64,000 bases of DNA from an uncultured Chloroflexia bacterium (GTDB lineage Bacteria > Chloroflexota > Chloroflexia > Thermomicrobiales > UBA6265). Under the pieces are notes generated by a model. The model was not told where the DNA came from. It searched no databases and worked only from the letters and a program-made list of their open reading frames with translations. The translations under genes and the position numbers were made by a program. Each line of letters opens with the position of its first letter. The stretch's first letter is position 1. Below, piece after piece: positions 18,796 through 30,023 of this stretch. The stretch is from NCBI GenBank assembly GCA_963724295.1, contig CAVRUC010000003.1, positions 96,001 to 160,000 of the forward strand, written 5' to 3'.

Positions 18796-19217
18796 GCAGA
18801 GGTGATCAAGGACGCTGTGCACCGGAGCTGGGCTTAGCCAGCAGCCGATCTGATTTCTCACTGACGATTTCACCCATGAGCCCCATATACAGAACATCTA
18901 GAACCAGTCGTGCTGCGGTTCACTGCGGAGGATGTGGTCGTGATGGCGGCGGATTGATGCGTGTCTCTTACCCTGAGAACGTAAGTCCGAGAGAGGACGG
19001 CACTGTCATCAGCCTCCACACTCATTCCCGTAGTCGTTATTGCAACAATGGATGGAGTCCGGATGGCAGCAGGCACAACCGCTGTTCGTCGCTATGCGGT
19101 GAGGGTCACGCGGCTGCGCACGGCGATCGCGTGTAACGCTGCGCCCTCCTCCCGACACTACACCCACAGTCGCCGTCTCGGGTGATTGTGGTGTTTCGTT
19201 TCCCCAAGGAGGACGCC

Positions 19218-19553
19218 GTGAGCCAGCAAGCCTTTGATGCCTTCACCCGCCGTGCTGCCGAGGGCGTCACCCGTCGCAAGTCCCTCTTTGCGCTGGTCGC
19301 CGCCGCGCTCGGCGCGACTGCCGCCCCGGCTCTGGTCGAGGCAGGGGACCGCAGTATGTGCAACAGGCGGTGCGCGGCGCAGGCCGACACCTGTGCCAAT
19401 ACCGTTTTCGCCTTTTGCGATGCTAACTTTGGCACCGTTTCGGCCCGTGAACAGTGCAATGCAAGATGTGGTGCCTGTTGCGATGACCTCAGTCGCTGTG
19501 ACCATCTTGATGTGGAGAACAGCGTGTATTGTCTTCTCGGATGCGCCCCCTGA
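19218..19553 (+). CDS. Small Cys-rich Tat-exported protein (111 aa, 11 Cys)
   Basis: SD AAGGAGG, GTG 19218; FDAFTRR...TRRKSL twin-arginine leader, hydrophobic core, VEA cleavage site. Confidence 0.75.
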   Translation: MSQQAFDAFTRRAAEGVTRRKSLFALVAAALGATAAPALVEAGDRSMCNRRCAAQADTCANTVFAFCDANFGTVSAREQCNARCGACCDDLSRCDHLDVENSVYCLLGCAP

Positions 19554-19851
19554 CCTAGACAGCCGAATGCCGACAAGATGGGCGCGTGCCCGCTTCTCTA
19601 CACAACACAATCCCAATGCAGCGATCGCCCGCCTCCGCTTCACCCTGAATCAGGCTGGGATATTGCGGCGTGAGGAGACTCCGCTTCACTGCTGGCGACG
19701 CGGAACGGGACACCGCGGTCTGAGCGGAGTTTGGGGATTGCAGCCCGCGGGTGAACAGACTGGCCCAGGCGCAAGCCTTCTCACCTGAGCTCGGTCTCGG
19801 CCCGTTACTCGGTCGACCTGCCGAGCCGACCGTTACCACCGCGCTTGCCCG

Positions 19852-19899
19852 CACGAGACGAGGCCCGGGTTGATTGCCCGGGCCTCGGAACATCTCGTG
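19852..19899. terminator. Long hairpin between convergent genes
   Basis: CGAGGCCCGGG(19859-69)/CCCGGGCCTCG(19877-87) inside CACGAGA/TCTCGTG. Confidence 0.55.
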
Positions 19900-19935
19900 A
19901 GCCTGGCCCCACGACTTGCGGCGGGGCGGGAGCGT

Positions 19936-20238
19936 CTAGATCGCGTCGCGTGAGGTCGGTACGGTGCGAACCTCTTCGACCCGCACGGTCTCACCGGTCT
20001 CGTCGACCACGTCCTCAGACGCCAGTCGCGCACCATCGGCATCTGAACGGAGCGTCGTCTCCGTCGCGGTCGCCGTGGTCCTGGTCGATGCCGGCACTAC
20101 CGGTGCCTGCGCTTCCTCGCGGAACTCTTTCACGCCTTGACCGAGGGATTTCGCGATTTCCGGCAGCTTGCCCGCGCCGAAGATGATCATGATGATGACG
20201 AGCACGATGACGAGCTCTTGCCAACCGAGTCCAGCCAT
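19936..20238 (-). CDS. tatA: Twin-arginine translocase TatA/E subunit
   Basis: MAGLGWQELVIVLVIIMIIFGAGKLPEIAKSLGQGVKEFR; SD GGAGG. Confidence 0.95.
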   Translation of the reverse strand: MAGLGWQELVIVLVIIMIIFGAGKLPEIAKSLGQGVKEFREEAQAPVVPASTRTTATATETTLRSDADGARLASEDVVDETGETVRVEEVRTVPTSRDAI

Positions 20239-20343
20239 GAATGTCCTCCCCGTGTGGGGTGTCGTCGCTATCCGGCGCCCGCGGGTTCCGGTGAGCCGGG
20301 GCGTACGCCGCTGTTTCTACCACGAACCGGGTCGGTCGCGCCG

Positions 20344-21991
20344 CTACGGAGTGATCTCGACTCGCATCCCGACCGGCGCCCACTGGTACATCCAGTCCGC
20401 CACGTCCACCGGCACGTTGACGCAGCCGTGGCTCATCGGGGCGCCGAAGTTGTTGTGCCAATAGGTGCCGTGGATGGCGTGGCCGCGATCGGTGAAATAC
20501 ATCACGTCCGGGCACGTCCGGCACGTTGTAGTACTCCCCGCCCAGCACACCCTCCATCGTCTGTGACGGGAGCTTGGAGAGGACGTGGTAGCTGCCGGCA
20601 GGGGTGGCGAACTTGGCCGTCCCCGTGCTGATGAATCCCTGCCAGAGCACCTGATCGCCCTGGTAGGCCCACAGGTACTGCAGCGTAATGTTGATCTGCA
20701 CCCATTTCTCGCCGTTGGGATCCGCCGGCGCGCCGCTGACGGTTGTCATCGGCGGGGTGAAGAGCGATTCGCTGTAGACCGGAAGCTCCCCCTGGGCCAT
20801 CGGGGTGGTGTCGAGACGCAGGCGCTCGACCATCATCTTGCCGATGGGAACCACCGCCGGCGGCTCGCCGCCGCGCTGGGCCAGCGTGCCGCGCTCGAAG
20901 ACCTGGTAGGTGACGCCGTCGACCTTGTACGGCTCGGTCAACGGGTTGCCGAGGTACCCGGACTCGCCGGACGCTTCCCAAAACGCCTTGAATCCGCCGG
21001 CCACCGCGTGACCCGTCTCGGGTACGAAGCGCCACGTCTCGGAATCGGCTCGGCCGGTGACCTCCAGCGGCGCCCAGGCCCGTGCCGCCAGCGCCGACTC
21101 GTTCACCACCGAGCTTCCACTTCCGGACGCCCGGCGCAGCACGAAGGGCTGCAGCTGCCGTCCCAGCTCACCAAATTGGACGACCATCCCGTTCGGGTCT
21201 TCCGGGTGGTACTCGAAGCGACCGAAGTCGTAGTACTGGACGATGCGGCCGTTCTCCTGGAACTCCGGCGTCAGGGGAAAGCCCCACGACGAGGCGCCGC
21301 CCCACGCCCGCCAGCTATCGAGGAAGACCCCGTCGACAGCGTGACCGGTTTCGGGGATATAGACGGTCCGGGGCGGGGCCCAGTTCGCGTATCCGGGCGG
21401 CGGCCCGGAGGGTGGTGGCGCCAGCCAGGGGGTCGTCACCAACTCGGGGACCTCTTCCTCGGGTGCAGCCGAGGTCTCGCTCCCGTCAATCGTGCCGTCA
21501 GGGGCGGCGGCCTGCTCCTGCGTTACCAGCTGGCCATTCGCGTCGTAGGTAACGGACATCCCGGTGGCGGGATCGATCAGGTTCCCGGCCTCATCGAAGT
21601 AGAGACCCGCGGCGGCGTCGATCGGTGCACCGTCGGGTCCGATCGCCAGCGGAGCGCCGCTGACCGGATCGATCATGTTGCCGTTGGCGTCGTACGTCGG
21701 CGCGACCTCGACCGGCGCGGCGTCTACCGGCGCGGCCTCGACCCAGCCGTCGTCGGCACTCCCATCCCAGACGCCGGCGATGGTCTCGTCGACATTCGCG
21801 CTGATGTCGGTCATCTGCGCGTCGGCGGTGGGATCGACCCAGTCCCCCTCGCTCTGCGCCCGCGCCGAGGACGGCAGGACGGCCGTTCCAACGGCTGTGA
21901 GCAGGAACGACGCCACGAGCAGGACCGCCAGCGCCAGCGGCCCCCGCCGGGCCCGGATCTTGCGCGCTCTCCCTCGACTCCGCCCTGTCAT
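20344..21991 (-). CDS. L,D-transpeptidase (YkuD domain) with PETGH repeats; frameshift near 20512
   Basis: Two PETGH modules; ISTG...TP.G; catalytic [18 protein letters not shown] lies in the second frame. Confidence 0.88.
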
Positions 21992-22278
21992 CGGCGCGTC
22001 CCTCTCACACGATCATTGCACGCTCAACCGCCGCCACGGGCCCAACCCCCGATGATGGCGAGCGCATCGCTTGCGGCACGTCACTCGGCGGGGATGGCAG
22101 GCAGGTCACGGACGTCCGTCGTGCTCGCAGTCTAGCGAACGAGACGGCTCTCCGCAATCCTCTGTGACAGTACGTACACAAGAAAACCGCTAAAGGATCG
22201 GGGTCGAGCCCCTTGCGCCGAATTTCCGTGCCTTTCTGGCACCGGTCATTGACGATCGGGATCGTGCCGCGGCCGAGT

Positions 22279-22372
22279 TAGGGTAGGGTGATGGGGTCAT
22301 AGGGTGATAGGGCGATTGGCTATTGGCCATCTGACGACTCACGACTCACCGACTTACCGACTTACCGACTCC
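22279..22372. repeat. Short tandem repeats (AGGGTGAT-like, then CCGACTTA-like)
   Basis: Visible 7-8-nt periodicity just 3' of the GNAT stop. Confidence 0.65.
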
Positions 22373-22375
22373 CGG

Positions 22376-22927
22376 CTAGTGCGCTCCAAATCCCGCCTCT
22401 TGGGGAAGACGGGGGGCGTACCAGCCCATCCGGTAGCGGAAGGCGCCATCGGCACCGGGACGGCGGCCGACCGTGCGGAAACCGATACCCTCGAACCAGC
22501 CCTTGCCGACTTCGTCGGCTTCGACCGTCATCGGCTTGCGCCCGCAACGGCGAAGAGCGTCGACGAGCGCGGACCGCCCGTAGCGCTGCCCGCGCCACGA
22601 TGGCGCGACCGCCAGCCAGGGCAGCTCGTAGCTCAACCCCGCTTTGCGCAGTCCGTAGACGGCGATCAACTCATGGCCGTCGAGCCAGCCGTAGATGGCG
22701 CCCTCTGGGTCGTCGCGCAGCGCGCTGATTGCCGCGGCGGCAGCCTCTGCCGATCCCAGCGATGGACAATCGGCGAGCATGCGGGCCGCCTCTGGATCGA
22801 GCTCGAACGGCGAGCGGTCCCCATCCCGGATCGCGGGCGACGCCGGCGTCGCCCCTACGAGCCGTCTCGCCGTGACCCTCCGGGTGCCCCCGTCTGACGT
22901 GACCCTGCGGGTGCCCCCGTCTGCCAT
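22376..22927 (-). CDS. GNAT family N-acetyltransferase
   Basis: LAVAPSWRGQRYGRSALV acetyl-CoA motif, WFEGIGF; ATG abuts the upstream TGA. Confidence 0.8.
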   Translation of the reverse strand: MADGGTRRVTSDGGTRRVTARRLVGATPASPAIRDGDRSPFELDPEAARMLADCPSLGSAEAAAAAISALRDDPEGAIYGWLDGHELIAVYGLRKAGLSYELPWLAVAPSWRGQRYGRSALVDALRRCGRKPMTVEADEVGKGWFEGIGFRTVGRRPGADGAFRYRMGWYAPRLPQEAGFGAH

Positions 22928-24268
22928 TCAGAGCGACTCGAGGAGTGTGGCAAATGGCTTAGGATCGGTATACGGACCGAGCAGGGCCAGGCTCAGCCGG
23001 TCGGGGCGGAACAGTTCCCGCGCCAGCTCCTGGACCTCTTCGGCGGTGACGGCGTCGATCTTCTCCATCACCTCTTCCGGGGTCTTGATCTCGCCGTAGG
23101 TCGACTCCTGCGAGCCGATCCAGGCCGCCACCGAGCGGCTGTCCTCGAACCCCATCAGCAGGCGGCCCTTGCGCAGCTCCTTGGTGCGAGCGAGCTCATC
23201 CTCCGGCACTCGCTCGTCGCGCAGCTTCCGCAGCTCCCCCACCAGGGCCTCGACGGTCTCCTCGACGCGCTCCAGATCGGTTCCCGCCGCCAGCACGCCC
23301 TGCCCGACGTCGGCGTACGGCCGGAAGTAGCCGAAGACCGAGTAGACGAGACCGCGCTTCTCGCGGATCTCCTGGAAGAGACGAGAGCTCATCCCCGAGG
23401 AGAGGATGGCCTCGATCGTCGATTGCACGTAGCGCCGTTCGGTTGAGTAGGGCAGCGCCGGCATGGCCAGACAGAGGTGGGCCTGCTCGGTCTCGCGCTC
23501 GATGAGCCGCACCCGCGCCTCGTTCTGGTCCTCGACGGTATCGGTCGTCTCATCCGGCGCCGGGTGCTCCGTGAGGTCGCCGAAGTAGCGCTCGGTCAAC
23601 GCGACGACCTCGTCGTGCCGCACGTCGCCGCCGGCGGCGATGACCAGCCGGCTCGGTCCGTAATTCCGCTGCCAGAAATCGACCATCGTCTCCCGGTCGA
23701 TCCCGCCGACGGTCTCCTCGGTGCCGGCGATCGAGCGACCGATCGGTTGGTCACCCCAGACCACTTCGTCGATGACGTCGTGGACCAGCTCTTCCGGGGA
23801 GTCCTGCGTGGCGCGGATCTCCTCGAGGATGACGAGGCGCTCCTTGTCGAGCTCGGCGGGGTCGACGACTGAGTTGCGGACGATGTCGGCCAGAACGTCG
23901 TACCCGGCCGCGAAGTGCGACGACGGCGACTTGAACCAGTAGCTCGTACCCTCGCGGGACGTCGCCGCGTTGAGCACGCCGCCAACGCCCTCGATCTCCT
24001 CGGAGATCTGCATCGGATCGGGACGGCGCTCGGTGCCCTTGAAGAGCATGTGCTCCAGGAAGTGCGACACCCCGGAGATGCGGGCGGGCTCGTAGCGCGA
24101 GCCAACGGAGTAGGAAACAATCAGGGTTCCGCTCTTGACCCCGGTCATGGGTCCGGTGACGACCCGCACGCCATTGGGAAGCGTCGTCTTGTGGTACGGG
24201 TAGGGAGCCTCGACCTGCTGCACTTTGGTTCGGGGGTTCACGGAAACGGACAACCAGAGCTCCTGCAT
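22928..24268 (-). CDS. M16 family zinc peptidase (start may be slightly downstream)
   Basis: TTLPNGVRV, GSRYE, HFLEHMLFKGT, LNAATS, SSRLFQEIREKRGLVY. Confidence 0.93.
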   Translation of the reverse strand: MQELWLSVSVNPRTKVQQVEAPYPYHKTTLPNGVRVVTGPMTGVKSGTLIVSYSVGSRYEPARISGVSHFLEHMLFKGTERRPDPMQISEEIEGVGGVLNAATSREGTSYWFKSPSSHFAAGYDVLADIVRNSVVDPAELDKERLVILEEIRATQDSPEELVHDVIDEVVWGDQPIGRSIAGTEETVGGIDRETMVDFWQRNYGPSRLVIAAGGDVRHDEVVALTERYFGDLTEHPAPDETTDTVEDQNEARVRLIERETEQAHLCLAMPALPYSTERRYVQSTIEAILSSGMSSRLFQEIREKRGLVYSVFGYFRPYADVGQGVLAAGTDLERVEETVEALVGELRKLRDERVPEDELARTKELRKGRLLMGFEDSRSVAAWIGSQESTYGEIKTPEEVMEKIDAVTAEEVQELARELFRPDRLSLALLGPYTDPKPFATLLESL

Positions 24269-24425
24269 CTAGACACGGCCGCGGCGGCCGCCTGTCGCCA
24301 CCTTCAAGTTAAGAAATCCCGGCGGCCGGTTTGTTCGGTCTGAACCCATTGCCTGTCGGGTACCGTAGAGTGTACGCGGAAGACCGGCGTCGCGAGGACG
24401 CGGCGGGACAGCGGGAGGTTTGAGG

Positions 24426-24884
24426 ATGGATCCGATCGTGGCGAAGATCGCCGAGCAGTTTCAGGTGGTCCACGGACTGCTTCGCGACGAGGTGCGCGAT
24501 CTCTCTGTCGACGAGCTGAACTGGAAACCGGCGCCGGAGACGAACTCGATCGCGGTTCTGGTGGTGCACACGCTCGGTTCCGAAGCCGAGGTCCTGCGCG
24601 TCGCGGCCAACGTGCCGGGCGAGCGCGACCGGCCCGCCGAGTTTCGGGTCACGGCGAACAATGCCGAAGATCTGTTGCGCGAGATCGATCAGGCCGACGC
24701 GTACATCGAAGCGATGGCGCCGCGGATCACCGCCGACGATCTCGCCGCCGAGCGTCCGCGCGGCGACCGCCCGGCGGAGACCGGACTGCACTGGCTGCTC
24801 ACCAATTACGGCCATGCCCGCGAGCACCTGGGGCATATCCAGCTCACGAAGCAGCTCTACGCCGAATCCAATCAGGCGCGCTGA
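24426..24884 (+). CDS. DinB/YfiT-family protein
   Basis: ELNWKP...TNSIAVLVVH and H.REH.GH motifs; SD GGAGG. Confidence 0.8.
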   Translation: MDPIVAKIAEQFQVVHGLLRDEVRDLSVDELNWKPAPETNSIAVLVVHTLGSEAEVLRVAANVPGERDRPAEFRVTANNAEDLLREIDQADAYIEAMAPRITADDLAAERPRGDRPAETGLHWLLTNYGHAREHLGHIQLTKQLYAESNQAR

Positions 24885-24891
24885 CCCGGGC

Positions 24892-26118
24892 TCAGCCAGC
24901 CGGCGTCAACTCCGGCAGCAGGTTCTCCAGCGCGGTCATGAGGGCCTCCAGATCATCCCGCGTGTTGTAGCCCTGGAACGAAACGCGGATGAACGGTTTC
25001 TCGTCCCACGACGTGATGGGCGCCTCGACCCGATATTCGTCGTAGAGGCGGCGCTTCAGCGCCTTGCCGTCGATCCCCTCGGGCAGGGGGGCGACGGCCA
25101 TCTGGCGAAACCAGCGATACCCGTCGGGACTCTCGACCGGCGCGAGCCGCGGCAGACCGGAGAGCGCGGCGATCCGCTCCCGCGCTTCCAGCGCGAGGGC
25201 GTGGCATCGCTCGCGCACGGTTTCCCAGTCACGGGATTCCTGGTACGCCACCGCCGCCGGGGCGGAGAGAAACGCCGCGATATCGCGGGTGCCCTGGATC
25301 TGATTGCGGGAGACGAACTGGTTCTCCGGCCGGTAATGGTCGTTTCCTTCCACCCAACCCCAGGAGACGATCGGTGACTCGAGCCAGTGCTGCTGGTCCG
25401 GGCGAGCATAGAGAAACCCGGAACCTTTCGGCGCGCAGAGCCACTTGTGAAAGTTGCTGGCGTAGAGATCGGCGCCGATAGCGTGCAGGTCGACGGGCCA
25501 TTGACCGACCGCGTGCGCGCCATCGACGACAGTGAGGATTCCCGCCTCGCGCGCCCGCCGCGCCACCGCCTCGACGGGAAGGCGCAACGCCGTACCGGAG
25601 GTGACATGGGAGAGAAAGATTGCCCGCGTGCGAGGCGTGACCGCGGCGAAGATCGCCTCGACCACCTCGTCCGGCGAGGTCAGCGGCAACGGCACATGCG
25701 CCTTGACGTAGCGCGCGCCGCGCACCCGGCAGAACCACTCCCAGCTCCGCTCGCAGGCGCCGTACTCCAGGTCGGTGCCGACCACCTCGTCGCCAGGCTC
25801 GAGTCGGAGGGACTTGGCCACGATGTTGATCCCGGTCGTGGCGTTGGGCACGAAAACCAGATCGTCTCGCTCGCAGCCGAGATAGGCCGCCATCGCGGCG
25901 CGAGCCTCGTCCAGCAAGTCCTCCGCGCGCCGTCCCAGGAACTCGACCGGCTGCCGCTCCAGCTCCCGCTGCCAGCGGCCATATTCGGCGAACACCGGCT
26001 CCGGCGTGGCCCCGAACGATCCGTGGTTGAGAAAGACGACGTCGGGATCGAGCAGGAACTCCTGGCGCAGCGCCTCCGCCGGCGGCGCGCTCACGGGCAT
26101 GGACAGGGTCAGGGGCAC
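24892..26118 (-). CDS. Class V PLP enzyme (isopenicillin-N epimerase/cysteine desulfhydrase/EgtE-like)
   Basis: FLNHGSFGATP, FVPNATTG, VDGAH, NFHKWLCAPKG, GTRD. Confidence 0.9.
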   Translation of the reverse strand: MPLTLSMPVSAPPAEALRQEFLLDPDVVFLNHGSFGATPEPVFAEYGRWQRELERQPVEFLGRRAEDLLDEARAAMAAYLGCERDDLVFVPNATTGINIVAKSLRLEPGDEVVGTDLEYGACERSWEWFCRVRGARYVKAHVPLPLTSPDEVVEAIFAAVTPRTRAIFLSHVTSGTALRLPVEAVARRAREAGILTVVDGAHAVGQWPVDLHAIGADLYASNFHKWLCAPKGSGFLYARPDQQHWLESPIVSWGWVEGNDHYRPENQFVSRNQIQGTRDIAAFLSAPAAVAYQESRDWETVRERCHALALEARERIAALSGLPRLAPVESPDGYRWFRQMAVAPLPEGIDGKALKRRLYDEYRVEAPITSWDEKPFIRVSFQGYNTRDDLEALMTALENLLPELTPAG

Positions 26119-26136
26119 GAGATCCTCCCGAAATAG

Positions 26137-26178
26137 CCCTCACCCCCTACCCCCTCTCCCATGGCCATGGGAGAGGGG
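26137..26178. repeat. REP-like palindrome, copy 2
   Basis: Perfect 28-bp palindrome CCCCTCTCCCATGGCCATGGGAGAGGGG at 26151-26178, preceded by CCCTCACCCC. Confidence 0.75.
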
Positions 26179-26212
26179 AACGTAGAGGTCGTGAATGGGT
26201 TCGAGGCAGAGG

Positions 26213-28045
26213 CTAGAGGTCGCCGCGACCCGGAGGCGCGTCAGCGCCGATGTAGAGCTCGGCCGGCACCGTGCTCATCGCGGAGTACCCCGGCCAGTGA
26301 ATGCTGGTGATGCCGTTGGCGTCCGGCTCCAGCGCCGCGCCCTTCACCCACGGTTTCACGAACTGGACAGGAGTCCCGTGAAAGATGAAGACCGCCGGCA
26401 CGTCCTCGACGAGGATGCGCTCCGCGTCCTGGAACATCTTTGTCCGCTCGTCGGGATCCCCGATGAACGAGGCCGCGTCTTTGACGAGTTGATCGAACTC
26501 TTCGTTCGCCCAGGAGTGGCGCCCTCCGGAGAGCCAGACCGAGAGCATGTTGAACGGGTCGAGGAAGTCCATGCCGTAATCGACCCACCCGAAGAGCACT
26601 TCGGTCGGCTTCGCGGTCAGGGCATCCATGAAGGTGTCCTGATCGACGTCCTGCACCTCGACCGCGATACCCAGGTTCTCACGCAGCATGTCCCGCGACC
26701 GCCTGCGACACCGAGCCGGTCAGTGGGTTCGGGTTTCGTACTTGCAGCACCTGAGCTGGAAAGCTCGATCCGTCGGCAAAGCCCGCGCTCGCCAGCAACT
26801 CTTTCGCCATTGCCGGATCAAAGTTCTGAATGCTGGAGAGTTCCTCGCCGTTTGCGGCCGGGAATCCCGGCGCCAGCCAGGAATAGGCAGGAATGCCCGC
26901 CGGTCCCAGGATTTGCTGCTTGATCGCGTCCCGGTCGATGGCGTGACTGAAGGCTTGTCGCACCTCGAGCGAGTCGAACGGTGCCTTCGTGACGTCGAAG
27001 AACAAATAGTACGTGCGGAAGTCGCCAACCGAGGAATAGATCTGGTCCGGGAACTCGGCCTGTGCCACCAGGAGATCGGCCGGAGCCGGGTCCATGCATG
27101 AAGTCGATCTCATCGTTCTGGTACATGATGAACCAGGTGCCGGTATCGGCGAGCTTGATCACCACCCGGTTGACCGGCACCTGCAGCGAGCCCTTGGTAA
27201 TCGGGGTTCTTCTCGTAGACGACCCGCTGGTCGACCAGCCACTCGGCCAGCCGCATCGGTCCGGAGCTCACCGAGGTCTCCACGTTGGAGTTGTAGAGGG
27301 GACCATGCTCCTCTAGTGCCGCGGCCGAGAGCGGGCAGGAGTAGAGAAGCATGGACGGCAGGTACGGCGCCGGCACCTGCGTCTCGATGATCAGCTCGTG
27401 CTCATTCGCGCCCTGGCGCACGCCGAGCTCCTCGAGCGGGATCTCGCCGGCAATCGCCTCGTCCCATCCCTTCATGACTCCCTGGAAATACCAGGTGAAG
27501 TCCCAGGCATGAGCCGGGTCCGCGCCGTAACGGAACGTCGCCACCCAGTCGTTAGCGGTGACCGGGTTGCCATCATTCCACATCAGGGCCGGATCGAGCG
27601 TGAAGGTCCAGACGGTGCCGTCTTCGTTCCCGCTCCACTCCAGCGCCGCGGCTGGGATAATCTCGAAGTCTCGGTTCAGGCGAACCAGGGGATCGGAGAA
27701 GATATCGGATGACCCGTCCGATAGCCGCTCGTAGACCGACTCATAGAAGTCCGGCGTCTTGTCGAGATTCGGCTTGGTTCGGCACGACGTAGACCTGCTG
27801 GTCGGGCGGAGCCGCATCGTCGGGCAGCGCGACATCCTGAGCGCGGGCATGCCGCCGCCGCCGGGCCGAGCCGCAGGTCTCGCCCGCCGAGCGCCATCAG
27901 CCCGGCAAAACCGAGAGTGCCGCCCAGCAGCGAGCGACGCCGCAGCCGCTGATCCATGAGCGCGATGCGCCGCGCGATGACGGACGGATCGCGTGGGATC
28001 GTCCGATCCGGGAATCAGCGGCCGGGATACCTTCTTTTCGCTCAC
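26213..28045 (-). CDS. Peptide/nickel ABC substrate-binding protein (family 5), Tat signal; several frameshifts as sequenced
   Basis: Pieces in different frames: [63 protein letters not shown] before GTG 28045. Confidence 0.8.
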
Positions 28046-28116
28046 GTCGAGCCTCCTCAATATCTGATACGTCATCGGCGCCGCCCGCGCCGTCGCGGGC
28101 GTGCTCCGTATGGCGG

Positions 28117-29043
28117 CTAATTCTGGCGCGGGTCCATCGCGTCCCGCAGACCATCCCCGACGAAGGTGAAACCGAGCATCGCCAGGGCGATGGCCAGCGT
28201 CGGGAAGAATCCGAGATACCAGTAGACGCGAATGTACTGCGCGCTGTCGGCGACCATTTTACCCAGACTCGGCGTCGGCTCGTTGATGCCGATACCGAGA
28301 AAGCTCAATCCCGCCTCGGCGAAGATCGCGGTCGGGATGGCCAGGGTGATGGCGACGATCAGCGGCGCCAGGGCATTGGGCAGCAAGTGGCGGACGGCGA
28401 TCCGCGCTTCGGGCATGCCGAGAGCTCGCGCCGCTTGCACGAACTCCTGTTCGCGCAGCATCAGGAGCTGCGATCTGGTCAGCCGGCAAAGTGTCACCCA
28501 GCTTGTCACCCCGATCGCGATGATGATGTTGCGCACGCCACCGCCCATGACTGTCACGAGGAACATGGCAAAGAGAATTCCGGGGAAGGCGACCATCACT
28601 TCGACCGCGCGCATGACCGTGAAGTCGACCCAGCCGCCGCGCAATCCCGCCGCCAGGCCCAGCGGGATGCCGATCAAACAGGCGATGGCCACCGCCGAGA
28701 ACCCCACGATCAAGGAGGTGCGCGTGCCGTAGATCACCCGCGTCAGCACGTCACGACCGACGGCATCGGTGCCGAAGGGATACGTCGCGCTCGGAAACTG
28801 GTTCGCCGACATCAGATTGGCCGCCTCGATCGACGTCGGCGCGATCAGCGGGGCGAACAGGGCAACCCCAACCAGGAAGCCGGTGATGACCAGACCGATG
28901 ACTGCCAGACGCTGCTGGAAGAAGCGACGCAGGGCACGACGGGTGTTCGAGACCGGCCGTCCCGCGATCCCCTCCAGGGTCTGGACCGGACTCGCCAGCA
29001 ACTCGGTCTCAATACCGACGCGGCCGGGAGCCATGGTGCCCAT
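28117..29043 (-). CDS. Peptide ABC permease (OppC/DppC-like)
   Basis: [32 protein letters not shown]...[17 protein letters not shown]. Confidence 0.9.
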   Translation of the reverse strand: MGTMAPGRVGIETELLASPVQTLEGIAGRPVSNTRRALRRFFQQRLAVIGLVITGFLVGVALFAPLIAPTSIEAANLMSANQFPSATYPFGTDAVGRDVLTRVIYGTRTSLIVGFSAVAIACLIGIPLGLAAGLRGGWVDFTVMRAVEVMVAFPGILFAMFLVTVMGGGVRNIIIAIGVTSWVTLCRLTRSQLLMLREQEFVQAARALGMPEARIAVRHLLPNALAPLIVAITLAIPTAIFAEAGLSFLGIGINEPTPSLGKMVADSAQYIRVYWYLGFFPTLAIALAMLGFTFVGDGLRDAMDPRQN

Positions 29044-29045
29044 CG

Positions 29046-29967
29046 CTAGATCAACCGGATGCGCGGGTCGAGCAGGGTGTACAGGATGTCGGTGAAGAGA
29101 TAGGTAATCCCCCAGACGACCGCCACCAGCAGCACCAGCGCCAGGATCATCGGGTAGTCGCGGGTCAGGGTCGACGTCACGAAGAAGCGACCGAGACCGG
29201 GCACGCGGAAGATCTGCTCGATGAAGATCGACCCGGTGAGGATATTGGGAATCTCCGGGATCATGATCGTCACGAACGGAATCATTGCGTTGCGGGCGAC
29301 ATGCCAGACCAGTACCCGGCGCTCGGCGAGTCCCTTGGCCCGCGCCGTGCGGACGTGGTCCGCGCCCAGACTCTCCAACAGGCTGACCCGGGTGTAGCGT
29401 GCGACGAGCGACGTCGGTAGCAGTGAATAGGCGATGACCGGCAGGATGAGGTGGGCGGGGCTGCCCCACCCCCCCGTCGGCAACCATCCCAGTCCGACGC
29501 TGAAAAGCAAGATCAGCCAGATGGCAACCACGAAGTTTGGCACGACCATACCCAGCGTCGAACCGAACGTCACGCGCATAGTCGATCCAGGAGTTGCGAT
29601 GCAGCGCCGCAAGCACGCCAAGCACGATGCCCAGCGGATAGGAGATCAGGATCGTTAGCGTCCCAATCATCAGCGTTACCGGCCAGGTCTGTTTGATCAG
29701 GTCGACGACCGTCTGGCTCGGACTCTGGAAGGGAATCCCGAAATCGCCGTGCAGCACGTTCCAGATGTAGCGGCCGTACTGGACCAGGATTGGCTGGTCG
29801 AAGCCGTACTTCGCGGCCCGCGCGATCTGCGTCGCCTCCGGTAGCTCGCGTTCTCCCGAGGCGAACGGATCGCCGGGAACCGCCCGCGTCAACAGAAAGG
29901 TGATGAGCGAGACGGCGAAGAGAACGAAGACCAGCCCGAGCAATCGCCCCAGGATGTATCGCGCCAT
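29046..29967 (-). CDS. Peptide ABC permease (OppB/DppB-like); frameshift near 29578 artificially fuses it to OppC
   Basis: MARYILGRL...PGDP, GDFG, then TARAKGL...RNA, EQIF..PGLG, RDYP, LDPRI in the second frame. Confidence 0.88.
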
Positions 29968-30023
29968 CGCGCCTCCCGCGCCGGCCGCGCAGAATCGTCA
30001 ATGTTGAGCGGGTAGACTACACG

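Noticed and set aside
18796..19217. Short ORFs 18876-19136 and 18870-19076
   Set aside because: Atypical codon usage, no SD and no recognisable motif
21992..22278. c-di-AMP riboswitch or CRP site upstream of the L,D-transpeptidase
   Set aside because: ydaO consensus blocks not found; the TGTGA dyad is imperfect
28117..29967. 616-aa OppB-OppC fusion
   Set aside because: Caused by a frameshift near 29578; the true OppB C-terminus is in another frame with its own stop at 29046
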